Positions 13,487-27,126 of a DNA stretch of 64,000 nucleotides are shown one piece after another. The translations under genes and the position numbers were made by a program. The notes beneath the pieces were generated by a model. The model saw only the letters and a list, made by a program, of their open reading frames with translations. It was not told the DNA's origin and searched no databases. The stretch lies in contig OX597820.1 of the NCBI GenBank assembly GCA_951406725.2, forward strand, positions 81,654,001-81,718,000, read 5' to 3'. The DNA comes from Octopus vulgaris (taxonomy: Eukaryota). Positions within the stretch are counted from its first letter, which is position 1. Each line of letters begins with the position of its first letter.

Positions 13487-13529
<43 letters not shown>

Positions 13530-13624
13530 ATATTAGGGTAATAAGAATTATAGAAATTATTATTACCAGTGGACTATCACAAAAAAATTAGTCAATAGAC
13601 TATATATTATTCGCATAAAAATAT

Positions 13625-13959
13625 CGTGTACATTAAAACACATTAAAAGGCTTCCAAATAGGAAAGCCTTGTGCTAGAAAGAGCAGTAGAAAACTAAAAC
13701 CACTAATTAGGGATAAATTCTCGAAAGGAATGAAAATTAAAAACGTTTACCATCTAATTTAGTTCCTAGACCATGGTTTCTGACTAATTACTGGAATTAG
13801 TCGGAAACCATGGTCTAGGAACTAAATTAGATGGAAAACGTTCTTAATTTTCATTCCTTTCGATAATTTATCCCTAATTAGTGGTTTGAGTTTTCTACTG
13901 CTCTTTCTAGCACGAGGCTTTCCTATTTGGAAGCCTCTTAATGTGTTTTAATGTACACG
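13625..13959. repeat. 335-bp fold-back palindrome (165-bp arms, 5-nt loop)
   Basis: Arms are complementary with about 7 substitutions. Loop ACTGG at 13790-13794. Confidence 0.97.
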
Positions 13960-14051
<92 letters not shown>

Positions 14052-15033
14052 TATATAAATACGTACACACATACATATAATTACTCGGAGATATTTGGGT
14101 TATACGAACAAATTTAAATGCGAAACAATTAAAACTAAATTATAAGCTGCATTCTATGGTATCTAAATCTAGATACTAACTTTTCCATTATTTTGGGCTT
14201 TCAGTTGGGAACTTGGACATCTACAACGTTAGAATATATACTGGCTGTAAATTATCGTTTACAAAACATGACCGAGGAAGTGTATATATGTGCGTTGCAG
14301 GAGGACTTACGTAGTAGAGAGAGAAAGAGAGAGCTGAAAAGTGTGAGAGAGAAAAAGAGAAAAAAAAGAGAGAGAAAAAGTGAAATAGGAAAGAAAGAAA
14401 GAGTGAAAGAAAGGAAAACAGACAGTTTGATGTCATAAGCTATCACCACCGACCACTATTTTGTTGTAACTGTCAGTCTTTCAACATTTCTTGCCTGGAA
14501 TCTTCCGATATCCCTAAGAGGGACCGCGAATTTTATTTTAGGCATTATTTTACGTTGGATAAGGGATTGTGTGCAAATGTTAAAAATAAATTCATTGAGA
14601 TTCACTGAAAAATAACGACGTTATTTCTGAACAACAAATATGTGGATGCCTGTGTATATGTGCACAAGTACACAAGATCAATGGATTGGCAACAAGCTAG
14701 ACACAACTTGTCTTTTCTTCTAAGGGTCGCTATAACATGCACCAGTCACAAAATAGGATTGGTGAAATAAAGATCCCACTTCGTGGGAGCAAAAGACTAC
14801 GGCAATTCCCAATACCTTGTGGTATTTTGGTACATCCGTTGAAGTTCCACTCGATTTTCCATTTCATATATGGAGGATCAACAGAATATTTCACCACTGA
14901 TTCAAAAAATTTAATCGATAGTGCATTGAGGTAATTTGCTTGAGGCCAAGTTAATTTGGTCACGACTGGCGTGCCTTTCATCATGCCTGGTTCATCCCAG
15001 GGACAAACAGTAACAACACATTGCAATATTTTG

Positions 15034-15082
<49 letters not shown>

Positions 15083-15083
15083 T

Positions 15084-15167
<84 letters not shown>

Positions 15168-15170
15168 CAT
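15034..15170. repeat. (ACT)n trinucleotide microsatellite
   Basis: Directly visible. Source of the poly-T/V/Y/S ORFs. Confidence 0.95.
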
Positions 15171-16609
15171 ACACTTATGCATGATTCCGCATCAAGCGCG
15201 AACTCAAAAGCCACATTTTTATTTATCTATTTATTTTTAACCAGGAAACAAAAAGTGTCTCACAACATATGTTTTATGTTCATCTCTTCTGCTATCCATC
15301 AATTCCGTAAATCGTAAGTTTCAGGCTGACAGTCAACTTCTAAAACATTCTTCTTCGACAACAACCGCAGTAGCAACAGCAGTTCTAGTGGTGGTGGTGG
15401 TGGTGGTGGTGGCAGCGATGGAAGTGGAGTCGGCGGTGGTGGTAGAGTTGGTAGTGATGGAGGTGGTGAGTGTAGTAACGGTGTGCTGCTGCTGCTGCTA
15501 CAGCTACTATAGTTTCATTGGTTTCTTTGTGGAACCTGAATATGTTTTAAAGTGGAAGGGTGTGGCTTAAAAAAGGTGTAACCAAATAGACATTATAAGA
15601 AACTCAGAATGGGAGTAAAAAACGACGTAGTGAGAGAAGAAGTAAAGAGAGAAGAAGTAAAGAGAGAGGGGGAGAAAGAATGTGTGTCTATGTGTCAGAC
15701 AGAAAGCGAAAATGAGAGTAATATATTGTGAGCCACTCACACGTATGAAATGGTTGTAATTGTAACCAACAGATAAAGGCAACTATAATCGGAACTGAAA
15801 TGTTAAGGAGGAACTGGGATAATACTGGGATTATCTGGTGCGAAATTTTGATTCCTGGTTGAAAATAATTATCATTGGTGCATATTCTTAGTAAACAGTT
15901 CGTCAGGTCACAGTCGATGTCATGTCATTGACGTAATTAGTCAATAACAAATGCCGATAAAATGAATCATATCCCCTTTTACAATTTTAGAACCGCATTC
16001 TATATCGGTCGCTTGAAACGGTTCACCACTCCCACTTGTTACGCAATCTTCATATTTAGCTATTCATCTTCCTCAATCTTTCTTTTGAAACAATATATGG
16101 CCTAACTATGGGAGATAAAGGAAGTCTCACAGTGTGATTAACAGAAGTTATTTTTGCCAACTCTATGACATGAGAGGATGCAAAGATTAAGATTTTTGTA
16201 ATAAAGTGAGCTACATGATGATGATGACGACACCATGATGATGATGATTTATTTTGATATAGGGGCATCAGATGAAACATTAATATGGCAGGTTACAATC
16301 TGAGAGAATATTTCTATAAAAAGATGCATGTTTAGAGTAGTTCCATTCCCCCTAACAGTTTTTGCTACAGTTATCTAACTGTTGATAAATTCACTAGAAG
16401 ACAGCACATCCATCTCTATTCTAAATTTTCTTTCCAAGTGGAAGTTCGATAAGAGCATAACCAAAAATGAAGGTGTCTGTCACTATTCCTTTCAGCCTGA
16501 CTACACAACTTATTTCGCCTTAGTCATTAGAGACAGGAACACTGTTAAAGGTGGTTTGTGGTGCAATCCTCATGATGCACTGAGACAATAACTGGATTCG
16601 TACTACACA

Positions 16610-16750
16610 TTACGGGAGCTGTTCGACATATCTCTACAAGTCAGCAATGCTCGGACACTGCAAGAATACGCAGAGTACGGTTTCATCATTCTGCTCTCAT
16701 CTCGGACAATCGCGCGTGGCCTAAATTCTGTACCTGTAGTGACCCTCGGT
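16610..16750 (-). mobile_element. L1/Tx1 ORF2 C-terminal zinc-knuckle fragment
   Basis: CPR*EQNDETVLCVFLQCPSIADL*RYVE resembles the zf-RVT motif CxxC..ET..H.F..C. Confidence 0.55.
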
Positions 16751-16757
16751 AGCTCTT

Positions 16758-17512
16758 TCAACCCAGGGATTTCTGGATGTTATTCGAAAGGTTTCCGAAA
16801 AAAGATCTGCTACCTAGTCCTCTTCCAAGTCTAGGCCACCGAAACCTCGATTTCCTCCGAGTACTATCTGATGCACCAGTCTTTGCTGTAGCATTTATCG
16901 ATCCGCTGTGGTTTGAGTCCGGAGTTGATTTGCCACGTGTTTTACAATCAGATGATCCAAACTGCTCTGTCCTCTTCTCACAAGTCTTTCCCTGATGTAT
17001 CTTCAAGTCTCTCTCGGTTGCAAAAGTACTACAGCACAGCTTGCATCCAAAGTTGTTTGCATTTCGTTCGCTGTTTAAAATGAATAGCCGTATTCATGTC
17101 CAAGGTCATTTCTGTATCAACTGGGTTTGATTGATTCTCGACTCACCCCTCTCGGTTAATCATGGGACTGTCATTCTCATTGGTACCTGTTACAGCATGT
17201 TACAAAGGCGAGAATTGCAAATCTGCAGCCTCCGCCGGTCTTTCCTGGTGTCGATAGTCTTTCCCATTGTCCGCTCGTCTTTCTGTGCTGTCCTCTTGTC
17301 TTTCCAAGATGTCTAACCGTCTTTTCGGTCTGTCAGTGGTTACCTACCACAAGGTTTTAGATGCTTTTAAAACAACTTCCACATGCAAGTGCTACCAGTC
17401 GAGAGCTCCACATACCGGAAGTCAGCAAGTGTATGGGGTCATCAGGAGAGAATGCACGCCGTTTCGGGGCCTATCACTCGACGCATTAATGCGCACCGCC
17501 CCCCCCCACTGA
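16758..17512 (-). mobile_element. 5' portion of HERO/R2-superfamily non-LTR element
   Basis: CKLCCSTFATERDLKIHQGKTC zinc finger followed by NHS and RFRWP motifs, typical of HERO-clade N-termini. Confidence 0.6.
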
Positions 17513-17699
17513 TATGAGGCTCCACTTGCTAGATCAACTAGTTATCAAATAAAGCTCAATATTCTTCATGCCATTGCTCATCGTCACTTTTTAACCAAAT
17601 CTAGGGGCTAGCCTTTTCCACTGTAGTTTGGATATCGGTTATGGTAGTATTTATTTTATGATGAGTTAGGTCAAAAGATAACAACGGTTGCATCACACC

Positions 17700-18790
17700 C
17701 TCTATATCCGGCTTCGATTAGAAAATGCTCCACTTTCCAGCATGCGTTTTCACATTCCTCGAGAAGGTTTACAGGTGACTTTCTGTTTGCTGATGATTGT
17801 GCACTGATTTCTGATACATTTGAGGGAATTCAAGAAACTGTAGGTTTGCTGCAGCAGCTCATGCATGTGAACTGACTATTAGCATCAAGAAGACTGAAGT
17901 TTTATCACAACCAAAGCCTGTGGCAGAGCATACTCATACTGATGATAGACGACAAGCCATGTAAATGAGTCAGGTCATTTAAATATCTTAGAAGTACAAT
18001 GAATTTGAAGAATACTCTTGATGACGAAATCAATGTTAGAATATCTAGGATACAAATGCTTTTGGAAAACTTTTCCATCATTCATGGGATGAATACGAAA
18101 ATGTTAGTTTGAAATCTAAAATAAGTGTGTACAAATCTCGTATTTTTGAACATACATAAGGTAGAAGCAGGACTCCCTACTACAGACATATAAGGGAACT
18201 TGAAACTTTTCACATGTGCTGTCTGCTCAATATCTGCAACATAAAAGGGCAAGTTAAGATATTAAATGTCAAAATCTTAGAAAAATGTGAGAATTCGGTG
18301 CAGATGAGTAGGACACGTTCGAATGAAAGATGCTCACATTCCAAAAATTCTTTTGTATGGCCAACAAGTGGAGGGATATTAAAGTAAAGGAAGACTTGTC
18401 CTTAGCTATAAGGATAAGTTGAAGGAGTCACTAAGATCTCTACAGGCTAGCTTGATATATTGGGAAAGATATTGTCTAGATCGATCTGAATGATGCATAA
18501 AAAAAATTTGAGTTAAAGAAAAAGAACAATAAAAGAATTATATCCTGCAATTAACAGGCACATTTGCCCAATCCCAAGCAAAATCGAAATCATCAGTGTC
18601 TCCAGTGCGACTTCATAGCAAACTCCATACTCTGGGACTCAAATTACATTCATGCATCCACTTCAAATAGATGCAGCTTCTTTTATTCTTTTCTTTTTTA
18701 AAATTAGTTTTCTTTTTCCCAATTAAAAAAAAAATTATATTCAAATCCTCTCCTTTAAACACTCATACGTCGAAATCGAGCGACCATCAT
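17700..18790 (+). mobile_element. Decayed RTE-clade LINE 3' half
   Basis: FLFADDCAL, ISIKKTEVL, FKYLRST, LETFHMCCL, HIPKILLYGQ, followed by a short 3' end. Confidence 0.85.
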
Positions 18791-19091
18791 AAGCACAAAG
18801 CCTGAAGGAATTAGTTGATCACATTGAGCCAGTTTCAAGGGGTACCTATTTTATTGACCCCCGAAGGGAGGAGAGTGGTGGTTACTTGAAGTGCTTTTGG
18901 TAACTGAAATGTCCAGGATGTATGGGGTTCTACGATCGCTCCTGGGTGGAGCTCGATTCTTTGGAGGCATTTTTATTGTTAACTGTGAGTGTTTCTTTTT
19001 ACTCTTTGCTCATGCTATATGAAAACCGACACTATTTTATGTGTTGCATCGTCATTTTATTTTGTATGCGATCCCTTTGGCCAATAAAGAT

Positions 19092-19126
<35 letters not shown>

Positions 19127-19152
19127 TCACCATCATTATCATCATTATTATT

Positions 19153-19536
19153 GAGTGAGAGAGCAGTGCAAGCCATCAAAGTGACACTGGGGTAAAATAT
19201 ACGATGTCCAATACAGCCATCATGACTACCCGTCTAATAAGGGAACACCACGCATACGTGCGTGACTGGATGATCTCATATCAAGATAAACAGCGTATGA
19301 CCTTGCAGGTGGGGTCCAGTTAGAATTTTGTTCCGGTCGAGTAGCTGATCTCGCTCTAATGGTCCCTGAATGAGGGTTGTTCTATGATGTTGAACGAAAC
19401 ACCCATGTTGCCAAAGGTGAATTATCCAAACCCCAAAGAATTCCTCTCAGCCCATAGCTATGATATTCCCTCACTACTTCTGCTCGTTATCAGAGATGCA
19501 CATATCATCAGCCACTAAGGGACATCCTTAACTGGC
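19153..19536. mobile_element. Unclassified non-autonomous repeat between (ATC/ATT)n and an R4 fragment
   Basis: Higher-GC block with sharp boundaries. Contains GGGTTG..TGATGTTGAACGAAACACCC, reminiscent of HERO-type UTR motifs. Single copy in this window. Confidence 0.35.
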
Positions 19537-19546
19537 TTCCTGTTCT

Positions 19547-19669
19547 CTATCTCATAAAATCCCATAGGATCTTTGCATTTCTATTTTCGACGATGCCTCC
19601 AGATTTGTAGTCGTACCAATTTTTTGCTCTGTCAAGCCCATACTTGTTGCAAAATGTCCAATGGAGGAC

Positions 19670-19670
<1 letters not shown>
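19547..19670 (-). mobile_element. R4/Dong-type LINE fragment
   Basis: LHWTFCNKYGLDRAKNWYDYK..IVENRNAKILWDF motif, which precedes the restriction-like endonuclease. Confidence 0.75.
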
Positions 19671-19726
<56 letters not shown>

Positions 19727-19730
19727 AATT

Positions 19731-19768
<38 letters not shown>

Positions 19769-20709
19769 TATTAGTGTTACACAATATGAAGAGTGTGATA
19801 CAATTTTTAGTAGAGAGTTTGACCCTATTTATTGAATTAAGCAATATTACAGTGGTATATCTCTCTTCCTCGGATTCAAAACAAAAAATACGCAGATATA
19901 CAGAAATTCAAAATTTGAGCTGGAATATTATGCATTCCTCTTTAGACAAGACGGCGTCATCAATTTTCGCTTTTTCCATATCCGGTAACAAGAAAAACGA
20001 AATGTAGAAGAAATAAGAAAATAAAGAAAGGACGAAATAGAACACTTAGTCAAAATCTTTGTGTAATGTGACGGAATTCTGTCATTTTGTTCATTCCTCA
20101 CTCCAGGGCGTGCCGTTTGTAATTCCCAAATATATTTATCCTTATGTGTTTTGAGGACTAAAAGTGCAGTGGAGTCAGAATATTTTCTAAGAATGTGTAC
20201 TTTCGCGTGTTCCTCGAATTCGCAGTTGTAAAATGTCCGGCAAGTTCCGCCGAAAAATTGTTATCGTTCCTGACCTCATACCTATGCCCATTGAATCTTT
20301 AATTTAATTTTTCTGCTGTGCATCCAACAGAAAATCAAGTTGTCTTTGGCTTATTCCGTTGCGTACACAAAATGGAAATCTTTACAGATCTCACCTTCTA
20401 TATATAAGTCATAACATCCCTGTTATAATTTGATATAGCAAACCCTGTTCATTGTGTAACATATGAGTCAAGTTCACTATAAAAGAAACCATCACATGTT
20501 ATAACAGAAATGTGATTTATAAAAAAAGGTAGGACCTGTGAGGATTTTCATTTCGTGTACGGAGCAGAATGCACTAAACGCAATTTATTATATTTTTGGT
20601 GCACAACAGAAAAATTAAATAAAAAATTCAATGGACATGGCTATGACGTTAGGCATAAACGGCTGTAAATTTGAGGAACACCTGAAAGTACGCATCATGG
20701 ACAAGATAC

Positions 20710-20845
20710 TTGGCGGTATTTTGTTTGTCTTTACGTTCTAGTTTCAAATGTTGCCGAGGTCGACTTTGCCTTTCATCTTTTTGGGGTTGATATAATTGAC
20801 TGTCCCCCTCACCTACAGAATTTCAGGCCTTGTGTCTATAGTAAA
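20710..20845 (+). mobile_element. SINE fragment (family of 59474-60100)
   Basis: gcggtattt...gccgaggtcgactttgcctttcatc...tttcaggccttgtg. Confidence 0.75.
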
Positions 20846-21169
20846 AAAAACAGGCTTTTTACAATTGGGTTGTGTGTAATTATGCTCGAGCACTGACCCA
20901 CACCTCAGAAGCTCAACATCTTTTCCAGCTCATGAATCGTTCCAAGCACCGCAGCCATTTGTGCATTTGTATGCCTAATATTTCAGGTATAGCATCCAGA
21001 TTTATCGAACTTGTTCCGAATGCACCGATAACGAAATTCAGGCTGTTGCTTGATGTATTTCCCGTACCTGGCTCACTAAATCCTGGTATTTGCTTTCATC
21101 AGCAGGAACAGCGATGTCTGTCATGATCCGTTCATGTGTGTTTGTGCAAAAATGTGATATCAGGGCGCT

Positions 21170-22793
21170 AAGTCTCCACACGCGCCTGTCTGTAAAGGGG
21201 GTGCGCTGGGAAGTGGTCAGTGCTAATGTGTGCGGGGTGGTGTGATGTGGTGTGGTTTGGTGTGGTATGGTGGTGTGTGGTGGTGTGTGGGTGGTGGTGT
21301 GGTGGTGTAGGGGTATGGGGAAAGGGGCGAGTGGGGGATGGGATGTATGCGGATGATGGGGTTGGAATATGTAGGGGTGGGTAACGAGGATGAGTGATGA
21401 TGAAGTAAGAGGTTGGAAGGGAGAAGGTGGATAGAAGTGAAGAAGGGAAGTAGGTTTTAGTACAAGAGAAGAGAGGTGAGTGGGAGGAAGTAGGTGTGAG
21501 AGGAAGAGAGGAGAGAAAAGGAGGGTTAGATGAAGAGGGGAGGAGAGTTGAGCCCATGTGGTGTAAAGGAGTAAAGAGAGAAGATTCATTCTTGTTCACG
21601 GCAAAGACGGGAGTCCGGATGGCCCCTGTGGAAGAACAATCCGAACACAGACAGGTGTAGTAAAGAATGACCGGTAGAGCGGAAATGGCGCGAGACCGGG
21701 GTGTCGTTGCCGAGTCTGATATCTCGGAGGTGTTCCGCGAGCGGTCAGCCAAGCGGCGTCCCGTGTGACCGATGCATAGAGAAGGACAGAGAGAGCAGGA
21801 GGTGTAGTAGATGACGTTTCTAGAAGTGCAGTTGACGGATTCAGTGATATGATAGAGTCGATGATGGGTGCCTGTGAGGAGGGCGGTGTTGGAGAGATAA
21901 GGGCAAGTGCGGCAGCGTAGGCGGGAGAAGGGGAACGAGCCGAGTTGGGAGGTTGTGCTAGGGAAGAATCTGTAGACCAAGACGTCTAGTAGGTTGTGAG
22001 CTCGTTTGAAGGAGGGGAGGGGTAGGTTATAGAACATATGCGAAATGGAGGGGTCGGACTGGAGTCGCCGGAAGGCTCATAGAATGGTGCGTTGGAGATG
22101 CAGGGTGGTGAGGCGGTAGGTGAGGGTAAACGGGAGACGAGTGACGGTGGGGCGGGTGCTGGTGCAGAAGCACGGTCCGCGGAATGTGCTCTGGGAGGGC
22201 GGTGTGGATAATGGTGAGGGGATATCCACGTAGGATGAAGTGGCGAGCCATGAGTTGAGACTGAGTCTCAAGGCCATGGTCGTCACTGCAGAGCCTGTGT
22301 AGATGGATGAATTGGGAATAGAGGATGGAGATTTTGGTGTGTTTAGGGTGGGTGGAGGAGAACTTGAGATATGAGTGTGTGTCTGTGTGTTTGTATTGGA
22401 TGGAGGTGGTGAGAGTAGAGTCATGAATGCTGACCGAAATGTCATGAAAAACGACTGAAGTGTCGGAACAAGTGCAGGAAAAGTGGGGGGGCAGGATGGA
22501 AAGATTTGACGAAAGAGAGGAACAAGTTTAGATGTTTTCAGGAGTGAGGTCGCACAGATATAGTCGCCAATATAACGACCGTATAGTTCGGGAGTTGGAC
22601 CAGTGAAACTTGAGAATATTTGGGCCTCAACGTAGCCAACGAACAGGTTCGCATAGTTGGGGACGTTCTCGTTCCCATGGCTACTCCTGAGGTCTACTAG
22701 CAAAAATCACCCGCGAACGAGAAGCAGTTAAGTGAGAGGACAAGTTCGGTCAGACGGAGAGTGGATGTGTCAGGTTGGTGGTTGGATCGAAGG

Positions 22794-22795
<2 letters not shown>
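21170..22795 (-). mobile_element. Decayed Penelope-like element (Neptune-like RT, CxxC, GIY-YIG) with pyrimidine-rich 3' region
   Basis: PNYANLFVGYVE, YGRYIGD, RGYP, RCRTCPYL, NCTSRNVIY..SCSLC...IGHTGRRLADR. Confidence 0.9.
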
Positions 22796-22829
<34 letters not shown>

Positions 22830-23129
22830 TATTATGTATATGTATATATGTATATAAATTCATGGTGAGAGATTCATAAACTCACCAAACGTTTATATTT
22901 ATGTTGTTATAGATAACTCCACTATGTGCATATATACATTCACTGAACTATGTATGTACACTTACTCGTTTTAACTATTTGGATTAGTGTTCATACGTAG
23001 CTGTGTTCGTTCGTATGAATGTGTATGGTGGAATATATATACGTATGTATGCATGCGTATATGTACGTATGTATGTACCTGGGAATGTTTGTGTGTGTAA
23101 GACAGTGTGTGTGTATGCATGTATGTATG

Positions 23130-23182
<53 letters not shown>

Positions 23183-23237
23183 GTATGTATAGGTATACAT
23201 AGATATATATAAATTCATATGTATATATGTGTGTGTG

Positions 23238-23285
<48 letters not shown>

Positions 23286-23630
23286 GTATACACGTATATA
23301 CATATACATATGTGTGAATCTGAGTGTGTGTATGTGTGTGTGTTTGTGCGTGTGTGTATGTATTTCCGTGTATGTTAGCAAGTATTAGGTGTCAGTTATC
23401 CAGTCAGAGCGTTTTGATATTGTTTCTCTGGCATCCTGGATCAAACATAACGCACCTGGCAGGTGTGTTTCAAATTATTGTGTTGACCTAAATAATCTCT
23501 TTGTGTATTGCCCAATAAATACAGAACAACAACGCTTCTATGTCCCTCTTTAGTCTTCCTCTCTGCTGGAATTATCTCTCCTTAAATCTTCTCGTTCTGT
23601 CTCTCTCCAGTTAGTATGCATATATGTATG

Positions 23631-23747
<117 letters not shown>

Positions 23748-24617
23748 ATGCGTACATACATACATACAAAAAACACACACACACGCACACATATATAAGT
23801 ACTTATATATATGCATATATGTATATACGTATGTATATGTGTATATCTGTATATATGTATGAATGAATATATATATACATACATATATACATACATACAT
23901 ATATACATACATACGTATATACATGCATACGTTCCTAACGACACATACATGTGTGTATGTATTTATGCATTTACATGTACGTCTCTGTTTCTCTTTCTCT
24001 CCCCTTCTTCCTGATTTTCTTTCCCCCAATTAATTAATCTTTACATCTCATCGTTTTGTTTCTTTATAACGAAAGTAAGGAATAAACCAGTCAAACTAAT
24101 GCTGCAGCGCAGTTTCCATACCTGAACCTATTTTTTATCTATATCATATCTTGATTAAATGTATTTCTATTACAGATTTCTATCTCTCACTTTGCTATCA
24201 TTGTTTCGTAAGCTTTCTAATTTCCGCGAGACTAAGACACATCAAACGGCCATAGGTATCTTGGACAAGATGAAAAAGTCTTCTATGGAGCTATCAATAA
24301 GGAGAGGACAAGGAATGTACAACTCAGCAGTTAAAAAAATATGGTTATCTGAACTCCCAGCTCACATGAAGTATTTTGAGAACAACCCCTTTGCAGTGCT
24401 ATACTCACGTCCACATTTGGACTTCAAAACTGGTCACTACAAGAGTTCAACAAGATAGAGGTACAAACTTGCAAGCTACTCAATGTTACTACAAATATAA
24501 ACATCGTTTAAGATGAAGACAGACTATACTTCCTTGCTGGATGATGGCTGTGATCTTAAATCAGTATTGATGTCAAATGAAGCACTTAAATTTGTATTTG
24601 AAAGTTATTAGTATGAA

Positions 24618-24905
24618 GTGGGGGAGGCAGCGAGTTGGCTGAATCGTTACGACGCCGGACAAAATACTCAACAGCATTTCGTCTGGGTTTACGTTCTGAG
24701 TTCAAATTTTGCCTATGCCGACTTTGCCTCTTATCCTTTCGTAGTCGACTTTGCCTCTTATCCTTTCGTGGTTAACTTTGCCTCTCATCCTTTCGTGTTC
24801 GAGTTTACCTCTCATCCTTTTGTGGTCAACGAAATGAGTATCAGTCGAGTATTGAGACGATGAAATTTATTAACACCAACCCAAATATTTCATTCTTGTG
24901 CTTAT
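24618..24905 (+). mobile_element. SINE with internal 27-bp tandem amplification (x4)
   Basis: ttacgttctgagttcaaat followed by repeated gactttgcctcttatcctttcgtagtc-like units at 24720-24828. Confidence 0.8.
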
Positions 24906-25202
24906 TGTAAATATAATTCTATATTTAGGGGGCTTACACCGGTCAAAAGTTATTTTTGTGGTCATTTGTAAGAATTCAATAGCACAACCTTGATATTTAA
25001 ACCGTTAGACTCTTGTTTAAACTTTAACTGAGCATTTTCTTTTAACATTTTAACTGGCACATTTGGTAACGGTCCTACACACGAGTCTTTGAAGGCAATA
25101 TGGTAATCTTTATCGCTGGATAGACCAAGCATAAGAGATCAGTCGTATGTCTCACTACACCCACTCATACGCACACATTCATACATGCACATACTTTTCC
25201 TC

Positions 25203-25278
<76 letters not shown>

Positions 25279-25285
<7 letters not shown>

Positions 25286-25448
25286 CGCATGACTCAGTGG
25301 TTAGAGCATCGAGCTTACGATCGTGAGGTTGTGAGTTCGAATCTCGGACTGGGCTACGTGTTATGTACTTGAGCAAGACACTTTATTTCACGTTGCACTT
25401 CACTTTCTAGGTGCAATCCCATGGTCAGTCATGACCGAAGGGGGTCTC
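25279..25448 (+). mobile_element. Internally deleted tRNA-derived SINE (family of 53959-54304)
   Basis: A box TGACTCAGTGG and B box GTTCGAATC. The head is joined directly to the tail ACTTTCTAGGTGCAATC...GACCGAAGGGGGTCT. Confidence 0.9.
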
Positions 25449-25452
25449 AGCA

Positions 25453-25508
<56 letters not shown>

Positions 25509-25960
25509 GTAAGATCCAAGGATCGAAGTGTAGGAAGAAAGTGAGCGCCAAGTAACTCGTAGAAAATACAAAAAAATAACTTTCAGGAACAATACTGGTT
25601 TATTGAGGTGAAAGGTTGTGGATTTTTTCCGATCGAAGTACAATAAACTGGAAGAAATTATCTTATATTTCATAGTAGGTAGCCAGGCTTGCCGGATATA
25701 CGAATAAAAATACAAGATTTAAGAAACGGTGTAGATAAAATCCGAGCTACATATGTTTCGTAGCGAGTGGTACTTCGGAAATGGTAAATATACAAGCGAG
25801 AAGTATACCGCAGGTGACTTTCGAGGCCAAGTGCATTTTAATTAAATGAAAGTTTACATTGTCGCAAGGAGGAACATGTTATCACACGGACGATTCGATC
25901 TGAATGTGCAGAAAGCATAGAGTGGAGAATATAATTGTGAAGAGAAAATGGGAATATAAG

Positions 25961-26018
<58 letters not shown>

Positions 26019-27063
26019 GATAAATGATCATGATACGAAATGAAATGAGGAATTTTTCATGTGCCAATGGGAACCGTTGAAACAATTAAACCAATTTATT
26101 ACAGCAAAATAATTTGAGTAATAAAGTTTTCTTCAATTTTATTTTAGTACGGTGATCTTATCACCGTAACGCGATATCAGATTAAAGATAGAGTAGAAAA
26201 CAGGAATACTAGTGACGGAACATCTCAAATAGAATCGTAAATTATTTTGAAATCTCGAAGAATGTTAACGAAGTCAAAGTGAATCATACTCTAAAATGAT
26301 TTAATAACAAAAGAGGTTCTGTTGAGAGTTTCTTTTTCTTTCCGTAAGAAAAGATGAGCTAAATTTGGTTTAGTTTTGAGGGTAATTAGCGATAGGGTTT
26401 GACACACGCACACACACATATACAATCATTCACTTATACCTACATAAACATAAACATGAATACAAAAATAGATAAAGATACAGAAGTACGTGTATGTGCA
26501 TATGTGTGTATGAATATATTTGTAAATAACTGGATGTGTGACACTACACATAGGTATGTCTTGTTTTGAAACACGCTGACATACATTTATATATGTATCT
26601 ATAGTATTCTTGTGTCTATTTATATACATTACAAATGGGGTGTGTACTTTATTCATACACACACACACACACACACACAAAATTGTGTGTGTTTGTGTGT
26701 GTTGGTATTACTGATCAAATTATTTCGTTCGTGAACACTGAACTTTTAAAAAATTCCCATGCATTCAAGAATATTGTAGAAGGAATCTCATAAAGATGGT
26801 ATTTGCTGTCTTTCATTCTCAGAATAGCGTCTTTGTAATGCCGGAAGCTTATAATTTCAAATTCTTCTACGTTTTAATAAACAATGAATCATATTCAGTT
26901 TACAGCCACTGGGCTAACGGAACGCCTTTGTCCTGCTTCAAACAACTAAACTTAATTTATAGTAAGTAAGAATATGTGTATACACACACACACACACACA
27001 TATATATAAACAGAAACTCGCCCCGAAAGGAACTGCAAGAGTAAGTTGGCAAATAATCGTTAC

Positions 27064-27122
<59 letters not shown>

Positions 27123-27126
<4 letters not shown>

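Noticed and set aside
14630-15030. Unique-looking sequence with AG/GT-bounded open frame (14725-14930) and a lectin-like DWQQAR word in another frame
   Set aside because: The frames conflict, contain stops, and no recognisable domain can be supported.
24720-24828. Short regularly spaced repeats resembling a CRISPR array
   Set aside because: Head-to-tail 27-bp units without spacers, inside a SINE, in eukaryotic DNA.
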